DNA of 64,000 nucleotides from Escherichia coli (GTDB lineage Bacteria; Pseudomonadota; Gammaproteobacteria; Enterobacterales; Enterobacteriaceae): NCBI RefSeq assembly GCF_044647545.1, contig NZ_CP172818.1; one strand, 5' to 3'. Shown piece by piece: positions 1 to 9,800 of this stretch (position 1 is its first letter; each line of letters starts with the position of its first letter). The notes under the pieces were generated by a model. It saw only the letters and a program-made list of their open reading frames with translations, ran no database searches and was not told where the DNA came from. The position numbers and the translations under genes were made by a program.

Positions 1-978
1 CATCGCCAGAGCTGCGCCACTCCCCTCACCTAAACGCATATCCATATTGAGAAAAGGCTCCAGCCCCAAATGCGACAGCGCTATACGCGCCCCTTTTTCT
101 GCCGACAGGTGAGAAGGAATGAGATACGGTTTGATTGCAGGAGACATCTGGCAGGCTGCGAGCGCAGCAGCATAAGAAAGAAATCCATCCAGCAACACGG
201 GTAAACCGCAGGAAGCAGCGCCTAACATCACGCCAGCCATTCCGACCAAATCAAATCCACCCACTTTTGCCAGAACATTAACGCCATCCTGCGGATTTGG
301 CTGATTCAACGTAATCGCCCGGCGCACAACATCAATTTTATTAGCCAGTTTATCTGTCGGCAGGTTTGCGCCAATCCCAACCACTTCTTCAGGATCCCGG
401 CCAGTGATTGTGCTGACTATTGCTGCTGCCGGTGTCGTGTTTGCCATCCCCAGTTCACCTACACCAAACAGCGTGACACCGTTTTTTGCCAGCTCCCGCG
501 TATAACATATGACGTCCAAAAGTAACTTTTCAGCCTGACGGCGACTCATTGCCGGAGCTGAAGCAATATTGCCGCTACCTCGTGCGACACGCATGTTGAT
601 AAGCCCGGGGATAGGCTCAGCAGTATCAATACCAACATCAATTACGTGGACGTTAGCGCCCGCTTGTGCTGCCAGCACACACACGCCGGTTGTTCCGCGG
701 GTCATATTTTCAGCCTGAATGGCTGTCACTTCTTTTGGGGAAATAGCGACCCCTTCCTCCCAGACGCCGTGATCGGCACACATAACCAGTACCGCTTTTT
801 TGCCCACATGCGGTATGCCATTCAACCCCGGCATTCCCGCCAGTTGTACGCCAAGCGCCTCCAGCCTTCCCAGGCTACCAACAGGTTTGAGTAACCCGTC
901 AATATGCCGTTGTGCACGCGACATAGCGGCAGGATCGATGGCAGGGATCGTATTCAGTAAATTGGCAAGTGTTTGCAT
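1..978 (-). CDS. cobT: Nicotinate-nucleotide--dimethylbenzimidazole phosphoribosyltransferase, N-terminal ~326 codons; 3' end lies beyond the window start
   Basis: Minus-strand frame from ATG (complement of 976-978) reads [32 protein letters not shown]... and is open to the window edge; sits directly upstream of cobS as in the cobUST operon. Confidence 0.9.
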
Positions 979-989
979 GTCACGTCTCT

Positions 990-1733
990 TTATAGCAGTG
1001 CCAGCAGGAAGACCAGTTCACCAAGCTCTATGGCTGCTCCCAGCGTATCGCCGGTTTGCCCGCCCAGCGTACGTTTGAGAAGCTGACCGAGGATGAAAAT
1101 CGCCACCATCGTCACCACCATAGCAGCCACACCATGCATACCCGGCAATAATACGGCAGCAAAAATAGCGGCTAAGCCGAGTGTGACGCAGGTTTGTCGC
1201 CCATCAATTTTGCCAATGAACACATTGCCAAGCCCTTCTTCCCGGGCATAACGATGACGATACATCAATAATGCGGCAGTCCCGCGGCTGATCGCACATG
1301 CTGCCGCCAGCGATGCAAGGATCGGTTCGCCACGCAGAGCCAACTCGCTTAACACCAAAATCTTTGCCAGTACAACAAAAATCAATGCCAGACCGCCGTG
1401 GGTACCTAAACGGCTATCACGCATGATTTCCAACATGCGATCGCGGCTACGTGCAGAAAATACGCCATCACAGGTATCAGCGAGGCCGTCCAGATGGAAT
1501 CCCCCGGTCATCAGCACCAGCACAAGTACGCTAAACAGTGCCGCCAGTGGTGCGCCACACCATGCCTGCAGCACCATGAAGACCAGCCCGCTAATCGCGC
1601 CAAGCAATAATCCAATCAAAGGAAAAGTAATAATACCGCGAGAATAATGCTCGAAATCCAGTCCCTGGGACCAGCGACGCGGTACAGGCAGACGCGTAAT
1701 AAATGAGAGCATCGCCCAAAATAATTTACTCAT
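990..1733 (-). CDS. cobS: Cobalamin (adenosylcobinamide-GDP ribazoletransferase) synthase, 247 aa
   Basis: Track ORF 990..1769; product begins [21 protein letters not shown] at the internal start; multi-pass membrane protein; ATGA overlap with cobU. Confidence 0.9.
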
Positions 1734-2275
1734 TTGATTTTTACTCCAATACCCGAAACCACCAGCCATACTTCATTTGCCGCAGCGGCCAACTGCTGAT
1801 TTACCCGCCCGGCAATATCACGAAAATGTCGTGCCAGACGACTCTCCGGCACAATCCCCATTCCCACTTCGTTAGTCACTAATACAACCTTTGCGGGGCA
1901 ACGTTGGCAGGCAGCAATCAACGACTGAATCTCAGCATTAATCGCCTGTTCCATCGCCTGATAATCCCATTCATCAGGGTCTTTATCGCCGCCATAATCA
2001 AACAACAGATTAGTCACCATTGTGGTAACGCATTCAAGCAACACAACCTCATTCGGGTTAATGTCTGCATGAATTAATTCATCAAGATGTTGCCAGCGCT
2101 CCACTGTGCGCCAGTGCTCCGGGCGGCCTTGCCGATGATGTTCTATCCGTGCAGCCATCTCATCATCAAGGATTTGCGAGGTAGCGATATACAGAACCTG
2201 TGAAGAGTCCCCAATAAGCGCCTCTGCGTGGCGACTCTTCCCGCTCCGTGCGCCCCCCGTCACCAAAATCATCAT
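1730..2275 (-). CDS. cobU: Adenosylcobinamide kinase / adenosylcobinamide-phosphate guanylyltransferase, 181 aa
   Basis: [21 protein letters not shown]-loop at N-terminus; 181 aa; operon position before cobS. Confidence 0.92.
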
Positions 2276-3692
2276 ACCGACTCCTGATTCAAATGTATGA
2301 TGGTATTCATTGAACAGAACAATGGATCCCCCACCGTTGCTGACCGCAAAACATTTACGCGATTAATACTGCGCGTAATATAATTAAAAATCCAGCATTC
2401 TCAATCCATTACGAAATAAGATGGCATTACGGAATAGCCAGACTTTCTCGTGTTAACGTCCGACAAAATGCGTCATTGACAGCGGTTTCTGTGGATTGAC
2501 ACATTTCATTCAGATAATGAATTAATGCTACTGCCGGAACAACCAGCAAACGGGCATTGTGTTCTGAAATCCAGGCTATTGATTCAACGTCAGCGACAGA
2601 TCTGCGCTGTAAAAGAACTTGTAAAACAACGTAATAGAATTATCCGGAATGGTGGCCTAGAACACCACAATTTCGCTCTCTCGGTAAGGCACTGTCACAG
2701 CATTCAACAGAATGTGACTTGCCAGATTTATTAGCGCCACCAGATGTTTAACCGGGTAACCACGACCCAGTCGGGGATATATTCCATCTTCTCGCTGACA
2801 TCATCAAGAATAAAAAGGTTTATCACACTCAGAGCAACGTTCTTCAGCAGGCGGGATAATTCTTCAACATTTAGAAGATGTGTTATTAAAGGCATACAAA
2901 CTGGACGTATTGTATTTTCTTTTGGTGGTTGACCTAAGGTAGCAGTTTATCCTGATGCGCTGAGATTTCTGTAATATCTACGTCAACATTCTCCTCGAAT
3001 AGAAAATGCAGCCCCGGCAAGTGATTCACATTTTTTAACAAAACGTTGTTAGCGTGCCATTTTCAGAAGCTCTCCAAGAAAGCGAATTCTTTTCTCAAAT
3101 TCTGCATTCTCAGACACAGCTTTCTACTCCATGGTAATGGCCCAAATACGAAGTTGCTCAGGATCATTAGTGGTGCTGAGAAGTTAAATAACCATGCGGA
3201 GTACCACTCGTCATCACGTATTTATATATCATGAAGCTATTGTTGTGTTTTGTACATCAGTAGATATATTCTGATATACTCCTTTTGCTAGACATAACCT
3301 TTCACCTGCTTGCAAAGCTTCTGTGTTCTGACATTGCCAAATTGTTGCAATTCTGTATCCAGCCTTCTTTCAGTCATAGCTTCGGGCCGCGATAAGACTC
3401 ACTGATCTGACCCTGATTCCTCTTGCAGACTTTATAGACCAATTAAAATGCAGTTTCTGCAGGTCAACGTCTGACCATCATTGTCATCACTCTGGCCATT
3501 AGAGTAACCTTCTGCATTCATCCTTTTGTAAAAAGTTTATATTAGTATCAGCAATTAACCGGACCTGATACTGATATGAGTCTTACCGCATATACGGTCA
3601 ATTTCAGCAATTAATTACATTATCCACGCCAAAGTATTTGTCATCACAATGATGGTACCTTCTTTCAGACACCATTTTTTCAACTCCGTTTT

Positions 3693-3731
3693 CCACGGAC
3701 CGCACTCTTATGTCAAGAGTGCGGTCCGTGG
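3693..3731. repeat. Perfect 17-bp inverted repeat with 5-nt spacer (ccacggaccgcactctt atgtc aagagtgcggtccgtgg)
   Basis: Read directly from sequence; arms are exact reverse complements; no flanking T-run on either strand. Confidence 0.9.
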
Positions 3732-3883
3732 ATACAACCAGAGACCGACTGACACGAGTCAGAGGAAACGACGGATATGTTCAGTCGTAAAATATCTATC
3801 AAAAAACATGATTAAGGTCAAAAATGTTTGATATTTACAATTTATGAAGATGACAATAATTATAGATATATGAGAACATAAAT

Positions 3884-3912
3884 GAAAATAATTATCATTA
3901 CAGCAATCATTT
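3884..3912 (+). promoter_or_regulatory. Candidate Fur box (gaaaataattatcattacagcaatcattt) upstream of the TonB-dependent receptor pseudogene
   Basis: Resembles the Fur consensus GATAATGATAATCATTATC; lies in an AT-rich stretch just 5' of a receptor N-terminus; not verified. Confidence 0.3.
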
Positions 3913-4245
3913 GTACTTTGTATTAATGAGGGATGAAATGTTATATAATATACCTTGTCGAATTTATATCCTTTCCACTCTGTCATTATGCATTTCTGGG
4001 ATAGTTTCTACTGCAACCGCAACTTCTTCAGAAACAAAAATCAGCAACGAAGAGACGCTCGTCGTGACCACGAATCGTTCGGCAAGCAACCTTTGGGAAA
4101 GCCCGGCGACTATACAGGTTATTGACCAACAAACATTGCAGAACTCCACCAATGCCTCCATAGCCGATAATTTGCAGGACATCCCCGGAGTAGAGATAAC
4201 AGACAACTCCTTGGCAGGCCGTAAACAAATCCGCATTCGTGGCTG
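3911..4245 (+). pseudogene. yoeA: TonB-dependent outer-membrane receptor, N-terminal fragment (signal peptide, TonB box ETLVVT, start of plug domain), interrupted by IS2
   Basis: Translation ...ATATSSETKISNEETLVVTTNRSASNLWESPATIQVIDQQTL...GRKQIRIRG ends exactly at the IS2 terminus; start codon uncertain (3911, 3926 or 3938). Confidence 0.7.
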
Positions 4246-4254
4246 GATTTGCCC

Positions 4255-5160
4255 CTATATTTCCAGACATCTGTTATCACTTAACCCATTACAAGCCCGC
4301 TGCCGCAGATATTCCCGTGGCGAGCGATAACCCAGCGCACTATGCGGATGCCATTCGTTATAATGCTCGAACGCCTCTGCAAGGTTCTTTGCTGCCGTTA
4401 ACCCGTCTGGTTTGGGCATGATACTGATGTAGTCACGCTTTATCGTTTTCACGAAGCTCTCTGCTATTCCGTTACTCTCCGGACTCCGCACCGCCGTGTT
4501 CTTCGGTTCAAGTCCCAACATCCGGGCGAACTGGCGTGTTTCATTAGCCCGGTAGCATGAACCATTATCCGTCAGCCACTCCACTGGAGACGACGGAAGA
4601 TCGTTGCCGAAGCGGCGTTCCACCGCTCCCAGCATGACGTCCTGTACTGTTTCACTGTTGAAGCCGCCGGTAGTGACCGCCCAGTGCAGTGCCTCACGAT
4701 CACAGCAGTCCAGCGCGAACGTGACACGCAGTCTCTCTCCGTTATCACAGCAGAACTCGAACCCGTCAGAGCACCATCGCTGATTGCTTTCTTTCACGGC
4801 CACTCTGCCTGTATGTGCCCGTTTCGATGGCGGTACAGCAGGTTTTCGCTCAAGCAACAGCGCATTCTGGCGCATGATCCGGTAAACACGTTTGGCATTG
4901 ATCGCAGGCATACCATCAAGTTCTGCCTGTCTGCGAAGCAGCGCCCATACCCGACGATAACCATACGTTGGCAGCTCTCCGATAACATGGTGTATACGGA
5001 GAAGCACATCCGTATCATCAGTGTGACGACTGCGGCGGCCATCCATCCAGTCATCGGTTCGTCTGAGAATGACGTGCAACTGCGCACGCGACACCCGGAG
5101 ACAACGGCTGACTAAGCTTACTCCCCATCCCCGGGCAATAAGGGCGCGTGCGCTATCCAC
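4255..5160 (-). CDS. insD: IS2 transposase OrfB (InsD), 301 aa, GTG start in the insC overlap
   Basis: Track [37 protein letters not shown]...SDNRCLEI; C-terminus runs into the right inverted repeat. Confidence 0.9.
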
Positions 5161-5482
5161 TTTTTTGCCCGTCCATATTCAACGGCTTCTTTGAGGAGTT
5201 CATTTTCCATCGTTTTCTTGCCGAGCAGGCGCTGGAGTTCTTTAATCTGCTTCATGGCAGCAGCAAGTTCAGAGGCAGGAACGACCTGTTCTCCGCGGCG
5301 ACAGCAGTAAGACTTCCCCCCTGGATTGCTTGCGCCAGAGAAATAACTGGCTGGCTGCTACACCGTGTTGCCGGGCAACAAGGGAGGCCGTCATTCCCGG
5401 TTCAAAGCTCTGCTGAACAATAGCGCTCTTTTCCTGTGTAGTACGCCGTCTGCGTTTCTCCGGTCCCTAAGACATCAATCAT
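5118..5482 (-). pseudogene. insC: IS2 OrfA (InsC) disrupted by three single-base indels (+1, -1, -1)
   Basis: From the ATG the frame reads MIDVLG then hits a stop after about 28 codons; InsC-like residues [41 protein letters not shown] continue in a second frame and the canonical C-terminus in a third; no intact ORF of 60 aa or more in the track. Confidence 0.65.
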
Positions 5483-5575
5483 CTGTTCTCCAATGACTAA
5501 GTCAAAAACTAGAATATTAAGACTATCACTTATTTAAGTGATATTGGTTGTCTGGAGATTCTGGGGGCTAGTCTA

Positions 5576-5790
5576 GTGGCGAAGCATCCTCCCGTGTTTT
5601 AATTCTCATTGATGGTCAGGAGGTAACTTATCAGCGCGCCGGAGATAATTATGGTGTGGGACTGTTGATAGATGAGTCTGCGCTGGAGCGTGTTGAGATA
5701 GTGAAAGGTCCATATTCCGTACTGTACGGTTCACAGGCAATTGGCGGTATTGTTAACTTCATCACCAAAAAGGGTGAATCTCCAGACTCC
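5576..5790 (+). pseudogene. yoeA: TonB-dependent receptor, continuation of plug domain after the IS2 (..EASSRVLILIDGQEVTYQRAGDNYGVGLLIDESALERVEIVKGPYSVLYGSQAIGGIVNFITKKG..), then truncated
   Basis: In-frame continuation of the 3911-4245 fragment once the IS2 and one copy of the duplication are removed; frame terminates inside the IS2-like relic. Confidence 0.7.
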
Positions 5791-5960
5791 CTATATCACT
5801 TAAATTGATACAACTTTTTAGAGTAGTCATTAGTGAACAGATAATTGATAACTCAGAACCAGTAAAATGCAAAAGACGCACCACGCTGGGAAAATCGCTG
5901 CTATTCAGCAGAGTTTTGTATCGAGAATGGTGGCCAGCCACTTATTGCTCTCGCGTAAGC
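5776..5960 (+). mobile_element. Decayed IS2-family left-end relic (partial inverted repeat plus about 40 codons of an orfA-like 5' region), oriented opposite to the complete IS2
   Basis: gaatctccagac..atatcacttaaat..tttttaga.tagtcatt..gaacagataattgat aligns with the IS2 left end; ATG of orfA is ATA here; downstream residues IIDNSEPVKCKRRTTLGK resemble Ins[19 protein letters not shown]. Confidence 0.55.
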
Positions 5961-6515
5961 GGGTACCGTGACATTCTGCCCGAACTGGACCTGGTACTGT
6001 GGCTGATTAAAGCCGATGACCGTGCCCTGTCTGTGGATGAGTATTTCTGGCGACACATCCTGCACCGGGGACATCAGCGGGTACTGTTTGTGGTGATGCA
6101 GGCCGATAAAACGGAGCCCTGCCATGAATGGGATATGGCCGGTATTCAGCCTTCTCCCGCACAGGCACAGAACATTCGCGAAAAAACGGAGGCGGTATTC
6201 CGTCTGTTCCGGCCCGTACATCGGGTTGTTGCCGTATCGGCCCGCACCGGCTGGGAACTGGATACGCTGGTCAGTGCGCTCATGACAGCACTTCCCGACC
6301 ATGCCGCCAGTCCCCTGATGACCCGCCTGCAGGACGAGCTGCGCACGGAATCTGTCCGCGCTCAGGCCCGTGAACAGTTTACCGGTGCGGTGGACCGGAT
6401 ATTTGACACGGCGGAGAGCGCCTGTATTGCCTCTGTTGCACGCACGGTTCTGCGTGCCGTCCGTGACTCGGTGGTCTCTGTTGCCCGCGCGGTATGGAAC
6501 TGGATTTTCTTCTGA
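5805..6515 (+). pseudogene. yeeP: 5'-truncated GTPase-family gene (YeeP-like); the apparent ORF start lies inside the IS2-like relic
   Basis: Track ORF 236 aa; no P-loop present; distal part ...LVLWLIKADDRALSVDEYFWRHILHRGHQRVLFVVMQADK... is GTPase-like; K-12 annotates yeeP as a pseudogene. Confidence 0.55.
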
Positions 6516-6586
6516 ACCGGTGGTGACTGATGCCCTCCCTGACTCTGAGTCTGCTCACAAAAGCACTGTTTTCGTTACTGTCTCTC

Positions 6587-6615
6587 TTGTCCGTGCAATA
6601 GCTCAATAATAGAAT
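6587..6615 (+). promoter_or_regulatory. flu (agn43) promoter: -35 ttgtcc (6587-6592), 17-bp spacer, -10 tagaat (6610-6615)
   Basis: Sigma70-like hexamers with correct spacing immediately upstream of the GATC cluster. Confidence 0.5.
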
Positions 6616-6660
6616 AAAACGATCAATATCTATTTTATCGATCGTTTATATCGATCGATA
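6616..6660 (+). promoter_or_regulatory. Phase-variation switch: three GATC Dam sites (6621-6624, 6640-6643, 6653-6656) in the OxyR-binding region of flu
   Basis: Three GATC within 36 bp just downstream of the -10; matches the known Dam/OxyR epigenetic switch of Ag43. Confidence 0.8.
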
Positions 6661-6818
6661 AGCTAATAATAACCTTTGTCAGTAACATGCACAGATACGT
6701 ACAGAAAGACATTCAGGGAACAACAGAACCACAATTCAGAAACTCCCACAGCCGGACCTCCGGCACTGTAACCCTTTACCTGCCGGTATCCACGTTTGTG
6801 GGTACCGGCTTTTTTATT
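6619..6818 (+). ncRNA. isrC: Putative small RNA / flu leader transcript (IsrC-like), ending at an intrinsic-terminator hairpin
   Basis: Position between yeeP and flu and a terminator-like hairpin at 6783-6818; ends about 25 nt before the flu ATG; coordinates approximate. Confidence 0.35.
6783..6818 (+). terminator. Hairpin plus T-run (ccggtatccac gttt gtgggtaccgg cttttttatt) in the flu 5' leader
   Basis: Read from sequence; lies just upstream of the flu RBS aaggaaaag. Confidence 0.55.
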
Positions 6819-6842
6819 CACCCTCAATCTAAGGAAAAGCTG

Positions 6843-9800
6843 ATGAAACGACATCTGAATACCTGCTACAGGCTGGTATGGAATCACATGACGGGCGCTT
6901 TCGTGGTTGCCTCCGAACTGGCCCGCGCACGGGGTAAACGTGGCGGTGTGGCGGTTGCACTGTCTCTTGCCGCAGTCACGTCACTCCCGGTGCTGGCTGC
7001 TGACATCGTTGTGCACCCGGGAGAAACCGTGAACGGCGGAACACTGGCAAATCATGACAACCAGATTGTCTTCGGTACGACCAACGGAATGACCATCAGT
7101 ACCGGGCTGGAGTATGGGCCGGATAACGAGGCCAATACCGGCGGGCAATGGGTACAGGATGGCGGAACAGCCAACAAAACGACTGTCACCAGTGGTGGTC
7201 TTCAGAGAGTGAACCCCGGTGGAAGTGTCTCAGACACGGTTATCAGTGCCGGAGGCGGACAGAGCCTTCAGGGACGGGCTGTGAACACCACGCTGAATGG
7301 TGGCGAACAGTGGATGCATGAGGGGGCGATAGCCACAGGAACCGTCATTAATGATAAGGGCTGGCAGGTCGTCAAGCCCGGTACAGTGGCAACGGATACC
7401 GTTGTTAATACCGGGGCGGAAGGGGGACCGGATGCAGAAAACGGTGATACCGGGCAGTTTGTTCGCGGGGATGCCGTACGCACAACCATCAATAAAAACG
7501 GTCGCCAGATTGTGAGAGCTGAAGGAACGGCAAATACCACTGTGGTTTATGCCGGCGGCGACCAGACTGTACATGGTCACGCACTGGATACCACGCTGAA
7601 TGGGGGATACCAGTATGTGCACAACGGCGGTACAGCGTCTGACACTGTTGTGAACAGTGACGGCTGGCAGATTGTCAAAAACGGGGGTGTGGCCGGGAAT
7701 ACCACCGTTAATCAGAAGGGCAGACTGCAGGTGGACGCCGGTGGTACAGCCACGAATGTCACCCTGAAGCAGGGCGGCGCACTGGTTACCAGTACGGCTG
7801 CAACCGTTACCGGCATAAACCGCCTGGGAGCATTCTCTGTTGTGGAGGGTAAAGCTGATAATGTCGTACTGGAAAATGGCGGACGCCTGGATGTGCTGAC
7901 CGGACACACAGCCACTAATACCCGCGTGGATGATGGCGGAACGCTGGATGTCCGCAACGGTGGCACCGCCACCACCGTATCCATGGGAAATGGCGGTGTA
8001 CTGCTGGCCGATTCCGGTGCCGCTGTCAGTGGTACCCGGAGCGACGGAAAGGCATTCAGTATCGGAGGCGGTCAGGCGGATGCCCTGATGCTGGAAAAAG
8101 GCAGTTCATTCACGCTGAACGCCGGTGATACGGCCACGGATACCACGGTAAATGGCGGACTGTTCACCGCCAGGGGCGGCACACTGGCGGGCACCACCAC
8201 GCTGAATAACGGCGCCATACTTACCCTTTCCGGGAAGACGGTGAACAACGATACCCTGACCATCCGTGAAGGCGATGCACTCCTGCAGGGAGGCTCTCTC
8301 ACCGGTAACGGCAGCGTGGAAAAATCAGGAAGTGGCACACTCACTGTCAGCAACACCACACTCACCCAGAAAGCCGTCAACCTGAATGAAGGCACGCTGA
8401 CGCTGAACGACAGTACCGTCACCACGGATGTCATTGCTCAGCGCGGTACAGCCCTGAAGCTGACCGGCAGCACTGTGCTGAACGGTGCCATTGACCCCAC
8501 GAATGTCACTCTCGCCTCCGGTGCCACCTGGAATATCCCCGATAACGCCACGGTGCAGTCGGTGGTGGATGACCTCAGCCATGCCGGACAGATTCATTTC
8601 ACCTCCACCCGCACAGGGAAGTTCGTACCGGCAACCCTGAAAGTGAAAAACCTGAACGGACAGAATGGCACCATCAGCCTGCGTGTACGCCCGGATATGG
8701 CACAGAACAATGCTGACAGACTGGTCATTGACGGCGGCAGGGCAACCGGAAAAACCATCCTGAACCTGGTGAACGCCGGCAACAGTGCGTCGGGGCTGGC
8801 GACCAGCGGTAAGGGTATTCAGGTGGTGGAAGCCATTAACGGTGCCACCACGGAGGAAGGGGCCTTTGTCCAGGGGAACAGGCTGCAGGCCGGTGCCTTT
8901 AACTACTCCCTCAACCGGGACAGTGATGAGAGCTGGTATCTGCGCAGTGAAAATGCTTATCGTGCAGAAGTCCCCCTGTATGCCTCCATGCTGACACAGG
9001 CAATGGACTATGACCGGATTGTGGCAGGCTCCCGCAGCCATCAGACCGGTGTAAATGGTGAAAACAACAGCGTCCGTCTCAGCATTCAGGGCGGTCATCT
9101 CGGTCACGATAACAATGGCGGTATTGCCCGTGGGGCCACGCCGGAAAGCAGCGGCAGCTATGGATTCGTCCGTCTGGAGGGTGACCTGATGAGAACAGAG
9201 GTTGCCGGTATGTCTGTGACCGCGGGGGTATATGGTGCTGCTGGCCATTCTTCCGTTGATGTTAAGGATGATGACGGCTCCCGTGCCGGCACGGTCCGGG
9301 ATGATGCCGGCAGCCTGGGCGGATACCTGAATCTGGTACACACGTCCTCCGGCCTGTGGGCTGACATTGTGGCACAGGGAACCCGCCACAGCATGAAAGC
9401 GTCATCGGACAATAACGACTTCCGCGCCCGGGGCTGGGGCTGGCTGGGCTCACTGGAAACCGGTCTGCCCTTCAGTATCACTGACAACCTGATGCTGGAG
9501 CCACAACTGCAGTATACCTGGCAGGGACTTTCCCTGGATGACGGTAAGGACAACGCCGGTTATGTGAAGTTCGGGCATGGCAGTGCACAACATGTGCGTG
9601 CCGGTTTCCGTCTGGGCAGCCACAACGATATGACCTTTGGCGAAGGCACCTCATCCCGTGCCCCCCTGCGTGACAGTGCAAAACACAGTGTGAGTGAATT
9701 ACCGGTGAACTGGTGGGTACAGCCTTCTGTTATCCGCACCTTCAGCTCCCGGGGAGATATGCGTGTGGGGACTTCCACTGCAGGCAGCGGGATGACGTTC

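Larger units (their letters stand above)
4246..5575 (-). mobile_element. IS2 insertion sequence (1330 bp) flanked by 5-bp target duplication gtggc (4241-4245 and 5576-5580)
   Basis: Both terminal inverted repeats readable (tggatttgcccctatatttccagacatctgttatcac... at 4246; ...ctgggggctagtcta ending 5575); insD intact; A6G slippery site present. Confidence 0.85.

Noticed and set aside
3649-3831. 60-aa ORF spanning the 17-bp palindrome
   Set aside because: The frame is created by the palindrome itself and the AT-rich flank; the region is better explained as non-coding.
6687-6842. N-terminal 52-codon extension of the flu ORF in the track
   Set aside because: The extension covers the promoter-proximal leader and terminator hairpin; the true start is the ATG at 6843 preceded by the RBS aaggaaaag, giving the expected 1039-aa Ag43.
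7000-9000. Internal tandem repeats in flu as a candidate CRISPR or satellite array
   Set aside because: The repeats are imperfect and in frame, encoding the beta-helix rungs of the autotransporter passenger; there is no repeat-spacer architecture.
8325-9389. 354-aa minus-strand ORF
   Set aside because: Antisense to the flu passenger domain; the codon periodicity of the repetitive Gly/Thr-rich sense frame creates an open antisense frame.
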